Assembly: GCA_910585825.1 (NCBI GenBank) | Contig: CAJUEY010000001.1 | Coordinates: 93,135-157,134 of the forward strand | Source: an uncultured Lachnospiraceae bacterium | GTDB lineage: Bacteria; Bacillota; Clostridia; Lachnospirales; Lachnospiraceae | Direction of reading: 5' to 3' | Length of the DNA: 64,000 nt | Shown: positions 1-9,973 of the stretch, piece after piece | Numbering within the stretch: the first letter of the stretch is position 1 | Layout: the number at the start of each line of letters is the position of its first letter | Position numbers and translations under genes: made by a program | The notes under the pieces: generated by a model | Seen by the model: the letters and a program-made list of their open reading frames with translations, nothing else | Told to the model about the DNA's origin: nothing | Databases searched by the model: none

Positions 1-2
1 AA

Positions 3-689
3 GTCCGTGCGTTAAACGACGTGTCCCTTCAGATCTTTCGGGGAGAATTTGTAGCAGTGATCGGGCAGTCCGGTTCCGGGAAATCTACCTTTATGAATAT
101 GTTAGGATGTTTGGATGTCCCTACTTCCGGCAGTTACTATTTAAATGGAAAAGATGTGGCGGGGCTTTCAGACGACGAGCTTTCAGAAATCAGGAACAGA
201 GAAATCGGTTTTATTTTTCAGGGATTCAATCTGATTCCGAATTTGACGGCCCTTGAAAATGTAGAACTGCCTTTGATCTATCGGAATGTACAGGCCGCCA
301 AACGTCATGAGCTCTCAGTAGCTTCTTTAAAAAAGGTGGGATTGGAAAACCGTATGGATCACAAACCCTCGGAAATGTCAGGAGGACAGCAGCAGAGAGT
401 GGCGATTGCAAGAGCCCTTGCAGCAGCGCCGCCGGTGATTTTGGCAGACGAACCTACCGGTAATCTTGACTCGGCTTCCAGCAAAGAGATTATGCAGATT
501 TTAAGAGATCTCCACGACGAAGGCAGAACGGTTATATTGATTACCCATGATAATAAAATTGCGGCAAGTGCAAAACGCGTGATCCGAATTATGGATGGAA
601 AGATTGTGTCTGATACCCGTTTAAACGAAGAGGAAAAAAACATTGACCAGATAGCGGCTCAAATAGAAAAGGAAGGAAATGAGGAATAA
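3..689 (+). CDS. ABC transporter ATP-binding protein, MacB/LolD type (5' truncated by the window edge)
   Basis: Walker [10 protein letters not shown], signature MSGGQQQR, Walker [12 protein letters not shown]; frame is open from the window start. Confidence 0.93.
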   Translation, partial: VRALNDVSLQIFRGEFVAVIGQSGSGKSTFMNMLGCLDVPTSGSYYLNGKDVAGLSDDELSEIRNREIGFIFQGFNLIPNLTALENVELPLIYRNVQAAKRHELSVASLKKVGLENRMDHKPSEMSGGQQQRVAIARALAAAPPVILADEPTGNLDSASSKEIMQILRDLHDEGRTVILITHDNKIAASAKRVIRIMDGKIVSDTRLNEEEKNIDQIAAQIEKEGNEE

Positions 690-2270
690 ATGATGTTCAG
701 GAAAAATCAAAGCAGAACAGGAATTATGGAACAGAAGCCTAAAAAGAAAATAAAAAAATGGAAAATTGCAGCAGCAGTGATCGCAGTCGTTGCAGCAGTG
801 CGAATCATAGGCGGAATTTTTCTGGGAGGGAAAAACGAATACATTCCTATGGTAGATACAGCGGAAGTGACAGAAGGAGATATTACCTCGTCATTAGATA
901 CCAGCGGAGTGATTGCAAGTGAGCTGACCAGAGTGTATGCCTCTCCTGTGAATGCCCAGATCGGAGAAATTCCGGTGGTATTAGGCCAGAGCGTGCGAAA
1001 AGGAGATTACCTTCTTACCTATGATACGGCGTCTCTGCAGAAAAGTTATGATATTGCAGAACTGCAGGCAAAAGCTGAAAATGCCGCCAGCAGCGATACA
1101 TTACAAAAGAGCAGCGAAAGCGCCGGAGATTTAGCGGCAAGCGCCAGTGAGATCAACACCCTGCAGGGGCAGATTGATGCTTTAAATGGAGAAATTGCTG
1201 CGCTGCAGGCACAGGCTACAGGAAATGAACTGGCGGGCAATAAAAATGCAGCAATCAATGAGGAGATTGCCGCGCTTACTGCAGAAACGGAAGGAATTGC
1301 AGCTCAGATTGCAGCATTGGAAAGCAAGCAGGAGCAGGGAGGTCTTACAGAAAGCGAAAAAACCAAATTAAGCAATTTGAAAAAAGAGCAGAAGACCAAA
1401 GAAAAATCCATTGAAAAGAAAAAGAAATCCATGAAAAAATCCGTAGATCTTGCCAACAGTCAGACGACGATTCAGGCACAGCTGACGCAGAAGAACAGTG
1501 AACTGGCGGAACTGCAGGGCAGGCTGGCAGAGGCGGAAGCCAAAAACTCAGCTGCAGAGGCGGGGATTTTATCCGAGTCTGCAAAGGCAAATATCAGCTA
1601 TACCAGACAAGCCTCAAAACTTACTTTAGAGCAGAGTGCGGACGACCTGTCCAAGGCCAAAGCCGGGATTGCGGCAGATTTTGACGGAATTGTTACAGAA
1701 ATCGCCGTTTCCTCCGGAACGGCGGCGGCAGAGGGAACACCCTTAATTACGCTGGCCAGTGCAGACGATATGTGTATAGAAGTACTGGTATCAAAATACA
1801 ATCTGGAAAATCTGAAAACAGACCAGGAGGCAGAGATTTATTTTCAGGATAAGGAGTACAAAGGAAAAATCAGCTATATCAGCAAAATTGCCCAATCGAC
1901 AGAATCCGGTTCTGCAATGGTTATGGTAAAGATACATATAGAGAATCCGGATGATGCGCTGATTCTGGGATTGGATGCAAAAGCGGTGATTAACCTGGGA
2001 ACGGCAGAAAATGTGCTGGTGGCTCCCGTATCATCCGTCAATTCAGATATCCAGGGAGATTTTGTATATGTAGTGGAGGAAGACGTTGTAGTAAAAAAAT
2101 ATGTTACAACAGGAATGTCCTCTGCGGAGGAAATGGAGATTAAAAGCGGCCTCTCGAAAGGAGAAAAAGTAATTACTACAGTGGATTCCAGTATTATGGA
2201 AGGCATGACCGTGGCAGAAAATGCGCAGCAGGATTTGGAAACTGTTCTGACAACGGAAACAGTAGAATAG
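690..2270 (+). CDS. Efflux adaptor / membrane fusion protein (HlyD/MacA-like)
   Basis: N-terminal TM segment, VRKGDYLL lipoyl-like half motif, long coiled coil, C-terminal SGLSKGEKVI; lies between ABC ATPase and permease. Confidence 0.88.
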   Translation: MMFRKNQSRTGIMEQKPKKKIKKWKIAAAVIAVVAAVRIIGGIFLGGKNEYIPMVDTAEVTEGDITSSLDTSGVIASELTRVYASPVNAQIGEIPVVLGQSVRKGDYLLTYDTASLQKSYDIAELQAKAENAASSDTLQKSSESAGDLAASASEINTLQGQIDALNGEIAALQAQATGNELAGNKNAAINEEIAALTAETEGIAAQIAALESKQEQGGLTESEKTKLSNLKKEQKTKEKSIEKKKKSMKKSVDLANSQTTIQAQLTQKNSELAELQGRLAEAEAKNSAAEAGILSESAKANISYTRQASKLTLEQSADDLSKAKAGIAADFDGIVTEIAVSSGTAAAEGTPLITLASADDMCIEVLVSKYNLENLKTDQEAEIYFQDKEYKGKISYISKIAQSTESGSAMVMVKIHIENPDDALILGLDAKAVINLGTAENVLVAPVSSVNSDIQGDFVYVVEEDVVVKKYVTTGMSSAEEMEIKSGLSKGEKVITTVDSSIMEGMTVAENAQQDLETVLTTETVE

Positions 2271-2279
2271 GAGGCATCT

Positions 2280-3512
2280 ATGTCGCAGTTTTTAGAATAT
2301 CTGAAAATGGCCGTATCGAATATCAAGGCCAATAAGATGCGCTCTTTTTTGACGATGCTTGGAATCATCATCGGTATTTCTTCTGTTATTTTGATTATGT
2401 CTTTGGGAAATGGAGCCAGAAATGTAATTACAGAAGAAATGTCAGGCATTGCATCGGGACAGATTGCGTTGTATACCTATGATGAAACGGGAACTTACTA
2501 TATAACAAATGACGATATCCAGGCGATTGAAGCAGAGATCGGCGGAATCAAAGCAGTGAATACATATATGTCCTGTGATGGAAGCACAGCCACCAAAAAG
2601 GGAGAATTTCAGGTGTCTGCCAGTGGGCAAAGGGCCTCCTATCCATACTTTTCCAACACAGGTATTTTGAAGGGGAGATATTTTAGTGAAACAGAATATC
2701 TTTCCGGACAGCCTGTATGTGTGATTGGAGAGGCAGATGCGGTGCGTCTGTTTGGTTCCACCGATATTCTCGGTATGAATCTGGATGTAACTCTTTGGGG
2801 AACAGAAGTGTCTTTTCGGATTGTGGGCGTGGAGCAGGAAGAACAGAAATCCATGTTTACCTTTACTTATGAAAATTCCCCGGTGTACATTTATTTCCCA
2901 CTGACCGTATTGGAGCAGGTCTACGGTATGGAATTAAATACCTTTTATCAGATCTATCTTATGGCGGAAGAAAATGCAGATACGGCGGCAATTACGACCC
3001 AGGTGGTAACTCTGTTGGAACGGCGGCATCAGTGCTACGGCGAAGATATTTACCAGTATGAGAGCTTTAATGATTATATGACCACAGTCAACACCGTGAT
3101 CAATGTAGTGACCATGCTGATCTCTCTGGTAGCGGCAATTTCACTGGTTGTAGGCGGAATCGGCGTTATGAATATCATGCTGGTATCTGTGACAGAGCGG
3201 ACAAGAGAAATCGGCATCCGAAAAGCTCTGGGCGCCAAAACACGCTCCATTATGCTCCAGTTTCTGTCGGAATCAGCTATTATTACCATGATCGGAGGGC
3301 TCATTGGAATTATAAGCGGAATTGGAGGCGCTTTTTTGGTGGCAAAAGTTGTATCCGCCATCAATCCTATGTTTTCTTTCACCCCCTCTGTGAGCATTAC
3401 AACAATCCTGTTCACTACACTGTTTTCTTCTGCAATCGGCTTGTTTTTCGGCATTTATCCGGCCAGAAAAGCCGCAAAACTAAGCCCCATAGAAGCCCTG
3501 CGGAGAAACTGA
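2280..3512 (+). CDS. ABC transporter permease, MacB/FtsX family
   Basis: RSFLTMLGIIIG, GGIGVMNIMLVSVTERTREIGIRKALGA, PARKAAKLSPIEALR. Confidence 0.93.
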   Translation: MSQFLEYLKMAVSNIKANKMRSFLTMLGIIIGISSVILIMSLGNGARNVITEEMSGIASGQIALYTYDETGTYYITNDDIQAIEAEIGGIKAVNTYMSCDGSTATKKGEFQVSASGQRASYPYFSNTGILKGRYFSETEYLSGQPVCVIGEADAVRLFGSTDILGMNLDVTLWGTEVSFRIVGVEQEEQKSMFTFTYENSPVYIYFPLTVLEQVYGMELNTFYQIYLMAEENADTAAITTQVVTLLERRHQCYGEDIYQYESFNDYMTTVNTVINVVTMLISLVAAISLVVGGIGVMNIMLVSVTERTREIGIRKALGAKTRSIMLQFLSESAIITMIGGLIGIISGIGGAFLVAKVVSAINPMFSFTPSVSITTILFTTLFSSAIGLFFGIYPARKAAKLSPIEALRRN

Positions 3513-3622
3513 AAACAAATCTATAGCAGATGCTGTCTGAGGTAAATGATTGACAAATAAATTACCATAAAACAAATTTTCAAGTTACACTTGCAATTTG
3601 CCTCAAAAATTATTAATATAAG

Positions 3623-3650
3623 AAAAAGGTATCGGAGGATACCTTTTTTT
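3623..3650 (+). terminator. Intrinsic terminator after the ABC operon
   Basis: AAAAAGGTATC-GGAG-GATACCTTTTTTT hairpin with T tract. Confidence 0.65.
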
Positions 3651-3698
3651 GGATAGATGGAACAACTGGCAGAAAACGGCATATAGTATAGTGATATT

Positions 3699-4133
3699 GT
3701 GAATGGAGCCATGACAGTGAATTATTTTGAAGAGCCTTATTCAAGGGTGCAAAAGGAGTATGGACAGGGGCTGCCGTTTTATCTGACATACCCGATGACA
3801 AACGTATATCAGACAGAAAAAGAGTACGAGCGGGATATGGAGCGCATGAAAGAAATGTATCCAAAACGCATGAAGAAACTTCTTGCATATGTGGAAGAAG
3901 AATGTGACAAAATGGAGTACGAAGGCAGCGTCATGTATGATGAATATCCGGATAAAGTGCTTTTGTACCGGGCTGCAGCAGGCATTTACGATAAGGCAGT
4001 TCCGGTACAGGAAACAGAGCGCAGAGACAGAGGCAGAGACAGAGATCTCATGGATGTGATACAGGTGCTTATGTACGACGAAATACACAGACGCAGGGGC
4101 AGACGAAGGAGATGCTGCCGGAAGTGGTGGTAG
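3699..4133 (+). CDS. Hypothetical protein; true start may be GTG 3717 after GGAG
   Basis: Tyr/Glu-rich ORF (CDKMEYEGSVMYDEYPD) with Arg-rich C-terminus; upstream CATATAGT resembles a mother-cell sigma -10. Confidence 0.6.
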   Translation: MNGAMTVNYFEEPYSRVQKEYGQGLPFYLTYPMTNVYQTEKEYERDMERMKEMYPKRMKKLLAYVEEECDKMEYEGSVMYDEYPDKVLLYRAAAGIYDKAVPVQETERRDRGRDRDLMDVIQVLMYDEIHRRRGRRRRCCRKWW

Positions 4134-4214
4134 AAGAAGACTGGATTCGGCCATGGTTTTTGTGAATTCAAAAGCCATGGCATACGGCAGAACATGAAAG
4201 GTGAACGAGATGCT

Positions 4215-6758
4215 ATGAAAAAAGGCATATTAAAGATAGTCATATTAATTGCAGTTTTCTGCGCCGGAGTGTTGGGTTTTGGAAAACTTACCAATCATTC
4301 CAATAAGGATCTGACGACAGAAATGGCAGATGCAACACTTCCTGTGATTTCTTTATATGCACAGGATGCCGGAACAAAAGAACGGATGGAGATCAATGAA
4401 CTGCGGGGGTATACCTCTCCCATGAATGCCATATATATGAGAGATACAATTACGCCTGTTGGCGAAGATCGAATCTTACCGGTTCGGGTGCGGCTGTATG
4501 ACACTCAGGTCAGTGGGATTTCCTATGAGATCCGCAGTCTGGATATGGACAGGCTGATTGCGGATACCAGAGTAGAGGATTATGTCAAAGAGCAGGGAAT
4601 GATCAAAGCAGATATTACCATTCAAAACCTTCTGGAAAAAGGTCAGGAATATCTGTTTATTATAAAACTGGAATCTCAGGATGATACGATTTATTATTAT
4701 ACGAGAATCATAGAAGAAGAGGATTGCCATACAGACAAGTGCGTTGCCTTTTCCATGGACTTTCACAATAAGACCTTTGATGCGCAGGCATCAAAGGAGC
4801 TGGCAACTTATCTGGAGCCGAATGCTTCCGGGGACAATTCGACTCTGAGCAGAGTGGACATCCATTCCAGTTTGAAACAGGTGGCATGGGCGGATCTGAA
4901 TGGAGAGCGGCTTACGACGCCGATTCCGTCTATAAAAGAGATCAACAGCTCCTATACCGTTGTGGTTTTGGATTATCTGGTAACATCAACGGGAATAAAC
5001 GGAGAACTGGAATATTATAATGTAGAAGAATACTACCGCATCCGATACACAAACGAAAGAATGTACCTTTTAAATTATGAGAGAAATGCGGAGCAGATTT
5101 TCCGGGCAGAGAATCTGGAGGTTTATGACAATTATATTCAACTGGGAATCAGAGATCCGGATGTGGAATTCGCCTCTAACGAGAAAGGAGATATCGTCTG
5201 TTTTGTACAGGGGGGCGAACTCTGGAGTTATAATGAGACAAGCAATCAGCTGTCCCAGATATTCAGCTTTATCGGCAATGAAGGAATTGATGACAGAGAA
5301 AATTACAGAGAGCATGATATCCGGATTATCCGTATCGATGAAACAGGGAGCGTCAACTTTGTGGTTTACGGATATATGAACTGCGGCGTTCATGAAGGAA
5401 AAGTCGGTATCTGTGTATACCAGTATGACAGCGTAGCCAATACAGTAGAGGAAGAGCTGTTTATTCCTTCTGATGAATCTTATCAGGTAATGAAGGCGGA
5501 TCTGGGTCAGCTTATGTATGAAAACGGGCAGATGATTTTCTTTATTATGTTAAACGGAACAGTCTACCGGATTGACCTGATGCAGATGCAGGTCAAAGAA
5601 TATATCACAGGACTGACGGAAGGAGCTTATGCGATTTCCGATTCCCACAGATATTTTGCGTGGGTGGAAAGCGAAGATATCAATCAAGCGGATACAATAC
5701 ATTTTATCAATCTGGATACAGAAGAACGCAAAGAAATTTCCGCAGATTCCGGAGAATATATGAAGGCGCTGGGATTTATGGAAGACGATTTTGTGTACGG
5801 CGTGGCCAAAGAGTCGGACATCCATCAGGATCTGGCGGGCAAGCTGACTTTTCCTATGTATCAGGTCAGAATTTTAGAAGCGGATTCTTTAAATATTCTC
5901 AAGTCTTATGAGAAACCGGGATTTTTTGTTTCAGATATTGAAATTAAGGATTATATCATGTATTTAAACAGAATACAGTACAATGGCATGGCATATGTGG
6001 AGGCTCCCCAGGATACGATTATGAACAGGGAAGGAGACAAAGCGGCGATTGTAAGCATACACAGCTCCGTAACAGAAGTGAAGGAGACGCAGATACAGCT
6101 TTCTCTGGCAGAAGAGGTCAGGGAGGCGGCGCCAAAGATCCTGACGCCCAGGGAAGTGGTTTTGGAAGAAAAAAGAGAAATTACTTTGAATGATACCGGT
6201 GAAAAGAGCAGTTATTATGCTTATGCAAGAGGAGATGTCCTTCGGGTAACGGATGATTTGAAAGAGGCTGTTTCTGCAGCCAACCAGGAAATGGGAGTTG
6301 TAATCGGCAGCAGACAGCAGTATGTCTGGAAACGGGCCAGAAAATCCATACAGCCGGCAATGGAAGTAAAAGCAGGAGATGAAGACGCAGGAGGCTCTTC
6401 TATAGCCCAGTGTGTCAGCGCCATGTTGGAGCAGGAATCCATCAACATTGGCGTGACGGCTTTGATTGGTCAGGGCAAGACGCCGAAAGAAATTTTAGAG
6501 ACCACGATGGAAGATGTAACGGTGGTGGATTTAAGCAGATGCAGTCTGGAAGAAGTTCTTTACTATGTCAGTCTCGGGGCGCCGGTGTTTGCCATGCGCA
6601 GCGATACGGAGGCTGTGCTGGTGACAGGATATGATGCGAATAATGTATATCTGTATGATCCTACTGGCTCTGTGGAAGAAAAAATGGGACAAAATGATGC
6701 TGCAGAAATGTTTGAGCATGCCGGAAATATCTTTTTTGGTTATATTGTAGAACAGTAA
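4215..6758 (+). CDS. Large membrane-anchored hypothetical protein with C-terminal peptidase-C39-like segment
   Basis: MKK plus hydrophobic anchor; beta-rich middle; C-terminal AVLVTGYD...YLYDP resembles the C39 fold. Confidence 0.7.
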   Translation: MKKGILKIVILIAVFCAGVLGFGKLTNHSNKDLTTEMADATLPVISLYAQDAGTKERMEINELRGYTSPMNAIYMRDTITPVGEDRILPVRVRLYDTQVSGISYEIRSLDMDRLIADTRVEDYVKEQGMIKADITIQNLLEKGQEYLFIIKLESQDDTIYYYTRIIEEEDCHTDKCVAFSMDFHNKTFDAQASKELATYLEPNASGDNSTLSRVDIHSSLKQVAWADLNGERLTTPIPSIKEINSSYTVVVLDYLVTSTGINGELEYYNVEEYYRIRYTNERMYLLNYERNAEQIFRAENLEVYDNYIQLGIRDPDVEFASNEKGDIVCFVQGGELWSYNETSNQLSQIFSFIGNEGIDDRENYREHDIRIIRIDETGSVNFVVYGYMNCGVHEGKVGICVYQYDSVANTVEEELFIPSDESYQVMKADLGQLMYENGQMIFFIMLNGTVYRIDLMQMQVKEYITGLTEGAYAISDSHRYFAWVESEDINQADTIHFINLDTEERKEISADSGEYMKALGFMEDDFVYGVAKESDIHQDLAGKLTFPMYQVRILEADSLNILKSYEKPGFFVSDIEIKDYIMYLNRIQYNGMAYVEAPQDTIMNREGDKAAIVSIHSSVTEVKETQIQLSLAEEVREAAPKILTPREVVLEEKREITLNDTGEKSSYYAYARGDVLRVTDDLKEAVSAANQEMGVVIGSRQQYVWKRARKSIQPAMEVKAGDEDAGGSSIAQCVSAMLEQESINIGVTALIGQGKTPKEILETTMEDVTVVDLSRCSLEEVLYYVSLGAPVFAMRSDTEAVLVTGYDANNVYLYDPTGSVEEKMGQNDAAEMFEHAGNIFFGYIVEQ

Positions 6759-6927
6759 GACAGGAAGAAAAGGCAGCTATTCTGTTTGGGGTTCTGTAAA
6801 CTGTGAAGACGTAGGCTGAATAGTAACAGAAAAAGGCTTAAAATGGAAGGAAAATGAAAAAAGTGCATAAGTTTTGCCTGATAGACTATCATTCTTTCGT
6901 AGAAATTAATGATTTTGTAAAAAAACA

Positions 6928-6956
6928 TTGTAAATTTAGAAATTATAGTTTATATT
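6928..6956 (+). promoter_or_regulatory. Sigma-A promoter of the HPr-like gene
   Basis: TTGTAA-N17-TATATT, followed by RBS AGGAGG. Confidence 0.6.
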
Positions 6957-6986
6957 AAAAAATGTACTTTAGGAGGAAACGAAAAC

Positions 6987-7241
6987 ATGAGCAAAAAGGA
7001 AATTGTAGTATCGAATGTTTCAGCGAAACATGACAATCCAATTGCTGAACTGGTGCAGGTTGCCTGTCAGTTTGACAGTCATATTACCTTGGAGAGTGAG
7101 AATCGAAGAATCAATGCCAAAAGTATTATGGGAATCATGGCTTTTAATCCCTCTAAGGGAATGGTCGTGAATATTGTTACTGAAGGTAATGATGAAGAAG
7201 AAGCATTGATAGCAATGGAAAAATTTTTAGTATGTGAGTAA
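6987..7241 (+). CDS. HPr-family phosphocarrier protein (divergent)
   Basis: 84 aa; His15 and the Ser46 motif NAKSIMG in register. Confidence 0.88.
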   Translation: MSKKEIVVSNVSAKHDNPIAELVQVACQFDSHITLESENRRINAKSIMGIMAFNPSKGMVVNIVTEGNDEEEALIAMEKFLVCE

Positions 7242-7265
7242 GTTTTGAGATTAGGGAGGTTAATT

Positions 7266-7721
7266 ATGCCAAAAGACATGAAGGGTAAAGTACCTGAAGC
7301 AGATGCCAAAAAGAAATCAGAAGTGAAGACAGAGACTGTCAAGACAGAAACAAAAGCAGCCGAACCAAAGAAAGAGACCGTTTTAGAAGTTAAGAAAGCC
7401 GAACCAAAGAAAGAGACTGTTGTAGCGTCTAAGAAAGTTGAACCGAAGAAAGAAACAGTTCCGGTTAAGAAAACAGCAGTAAAACCGAAGAAGGCAAAAG
7501 AAAAAGCAGCGCTGGAGCCGGAAATATATGTACAGTACACAGATAACGGTGAACAGCAAGCAAGTATCACAGATATTGTAGCCAAGATCAAGGCTTTATA
7601 TGTAGCAGAAGGACACCGCGAGTCTTCGATTAAATCTCTTAAGGTATATATGAAACCGCAGGAATGGAAAGCATATTATGTGATTAATGATAAGATCGAA
7701 GGAAACATCATGATATTTTAA
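7266..7721 (+). CDS. Lys-rich protein with conserved C-terminal domain (DUF6465-like)
   Basis: RBS GGAGG; AEPKKETV repeats followed by SLKVYMKPQEWKAYYVIN. Confidence 0.7.
   Translation: MPKDMKGKVPEADAKKKSEVKTETVKTETKAAEPKKETVLEVKKAEPKKETVVASKKVEPKKETVPVKKTAVKPKKAKEKAALEPEIYVQYTDNGEQQASITDIVAKIKALYVAEGHRESSIKSLKVYMKPQEWKAYYVINDKIEGNIMIF
7359..7470 (+). repeat. Three imperfect 39-bp (13 aa) coding tandem repeats
   Basis: GAACCAAAGAAAGAGAC-type unit starting at 7359, 7398 and 7437. Confidence 0.75.
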
Positions 7722-7730
7722 TTTAAATAT

Positions 7731-7763
7731 AAAAAGTTCCCCGGCATTGCCGGGGATTTTTTT
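7731..7763. terminator. Bidirectional terminator between convergent genes
   Basis: TCCCCGGCA/TGCCGGGGA inverted repeat flanked by A and T tracts. Confidence 0.75.
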
Positions 7764-8940
7764 ATGCATTTTCCTTACGGTATTTGTCTAATAGACGATA
7801 AATTCTATCATAAGGATCTAAAAGATCACTGATAGAAACATCATGATTTAAGGTATCAATGATATAAGCAATATATTTACTCATATCACAATTGATATAA
7901 TAGGGTTTTTCCAAAAGTTCTTCATCCTGCCATGTGAGGTTTGTTGTCAAAAGGCGGTAGATAATACCGTCTTCATAAGCTTTGTCAAATTTCTCAAGAC
8001 CGTTTGTGAAGAGGCCGAAGGTTGCAATCATAAAAATACGGTTTGCTTTCCGTTTCTTTAATTCCGTTGCCACATCGATCATACTGTCGCCGGAAGAAAT
8101 CATATCATCAATAATTAATACATCTTTTCCTTCAACAGAAGAACCTAAAAATTCATGGGCTACAATTGGGTTGCGTCCGTCTACGACTTTGCTGTAGTCT
8201 CTGCGTTTGTAGAACATACCCATATCCAGTCCCAGGACATTGGCAAGATAAATAGCGCGATTTGTGCCGCCTTCATCCGGACTGATTACCATCATATGGT
8301 CATTGTCGATTTTCAAGTCTTTTACATTATTTAAAATTCCCTTAATAAACTGATAAGCGGGCTGTACCGTATCAAATCCCTTTAGAGGAATTGCATTCTG
8401 TACTCTGGGATCGTGGGCGTCAAAAGTAATGATATTGTCAACTCCCATATGGATCAGATCCTGAAGCGCCAGAGCGCAGTCTAAGGATTCTCTGGAAGTC
8501 CGCTTATGCTGACGGCTTTCGTACAGGAAGGGGATAATAACTGTGATCCGCCTTGCTTTGCCGCCTACGGCAGCGATAATACGTTTTAAGTCTGCAAAAT
8601 GGTCGTCCGGAGACATCATATTATGGTGGCCGCACAGAGAATAAGTCAAATGGTGGTTGGTCACGTCTACCATAAGGTAAAGATCATAACCGCGGACAGA
8701 TTCTTTGATGACGCCCTTTGCTTCGCCGCTTCCAAATCTGGGACAGGATGCTTCCACGATATAAGTGTCTCGTTTATAACTGTTGCGTGTAATTGTGTCA
8801 GAAAGCTTGTGCTCTCGTTTTGCGCGCCATTTTACCAGGTACTTGTCCACTTTTTGTCCCATATCTGTAAAGCTTTCCAATGGGATCAGGCCAAGTGCGC
8901 CGGTAGGCAGGGTTTGTAGTAATCGTTCATCATTTGCCAT
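7762..8940 (-). CDS. prs: Ribose-phosphate pyrophosphokinase
   Basis: RFGSGE, PFLYESRQ, DAHDP, SPDEGG, PRPP-binding loop IIDDMISSGDS. Confidence 0.93.
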   Translation of the reverse strand: MANDERLLQTLPTGALGLIPLESFTDMGQKVDKYLVKWRAKREHKLSDTITRNSYKRDTYIVEASCPRFGSGEAKGVIKESVRGYDLYLMVDVTNHHLTYSLCGHHNMMSPDDHFADLKRIIAAVGGKARRITVIIPFLYESRQHKRTSRESLDCALALQDLIHMGVDNIITFDAHDPRVQNAIPLKGFDTVQPAYQFIKGILNNVKDLKIDNDHMMVISPDEGGTNRAIYLANVLGLDMGMFYKRRDYSKVVDGRNPIVAHEFLGSSVEGKDVLIIDDMISSGDSMIDVATELKKRKANRIFMIATFGLFTNGLEKFDKAYEDGIIYRLLTTNLTWQDEELLEKPYYINCDMSKYIAYIIDTLNHDVSISDLLDPYDRIYRLLDKYRKENA

Positions 8941-8976
8941 GATAATCCTCCATAAAAATATATATAGGGTTAATAG

Positions 8977-9963
8977 TTATCGAAGTTTTTTCTGGATGCG
9001 GATATCGTCGCCAAACAGCTTTAAGATAACGTAGCTGCTGGATATTCTGGAAAACGTCCGCTCGGAATAGATTTCCGCCACTTTATTCAGAGTTAGATTC
9101 GTTGAAATAATCGTCGATTTCCTTCGGAGAATACGTTCATTCAGACACAGGAACAATTGTGAAACGGTAAAAGAGTTTGGCATTTCGGTACCTAAATCAT
9201 CAATAATCAAAAGGTCGCAGTCGAATATATTCTGATGAGCGGCAATGATATTCTCTGTCGTGGATTTGTGAAAGGTATTTTGTTCAAAAACATCAAAAAT
9301 CTGAAATGCGGTAAAATAAATAACAGAATGACCGGTATCCAGAAGTTCTTTCGCAATACAGTTTGACAAAAATGTTTTGCCGACCCCGGTATCGCCGTAG
9401 AAGAAAAGATTGGAAAACACAGAATCAAATTCATTGATAAATTTTCGGCATTCTTTTACTGCATTCTGCATTGTCTCCAGAGATGTCAGGCCGGTAGTGG
9501 GATTGACTTCTGTTTCGGAATAATAATCATAACAAAAAGTATTGAAATTTTCGGTTTTTAGGATGCTGCGGATATTGGACTGGGTATAGACCAGATCAAT
9601 AGCCCGCTGTTTGAAGCAGTGGCAGCGCTGGTTTCCAATATAACCGGTGTCTTTGCAGTCCGGGCATTCATAAGAAGGTTCAAAATATTGCTCGGAATAG
9701 CCCAGCTCCTTTAAAATCGACAGACGCTGCTGCCTGAATTCAGTAAGCTGGCTGCGTAGTTTGGAAAGGGCAGTTACATCGCCGTTTAATAATTTTCTGG
9801 CCTGTGCAAGAGAGCAGGAAGAGATGTTGTCGTCAATTGCCTTTAGACGCTGATCTTTTCCATAGACTTCCCGCATACGGTCATCTGCCATATGTTGATT
9901 GCGGATTTGTTTCGCATTGTATTCCCGTATAATGGTATCGTATTGAGTATTGCTTAACGGCAT
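8977..9963 (-). CDS. DnaC/DnaI-like helicase loader ATPase
   Basis: Zn motif CPDC..CHC, Walker A GDTGVGKT, LLIIDDLGTE, TIISTNL, SERTFSR. Confidence 0.88.
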   Translation of the reverse strand: MPLSNTQYDTIIREYNAKQIRNQHMADDRMREVYGKDQRLKAIDDNISSCSLAQARKLLNGDVTALSKLRSQLTEFRQQRLSILKELGYSEQYFEPSYECPDCKDTGYIGNQRCHCFKQRAIDLVYTQSNIRSILKTENFNTFCYDYYSETEVNPTTGLTSLETMQNAVKECRKFINEFDSVFSNLFFYGDTGVGKTFLSNCIAKELLDTGHSVIYFTAFQIFDVFEQNTFHKSTTENIIAAHQNIFDCDLLIIDDLGTEMPNSFTVSQLFLCLNERILRRKSTIISTNLTLNKVAEIYSERTFSRISSSYVILKLFGDDIRIQKKLR

Positions 9964-9973
9964 ATGTAGTCTC

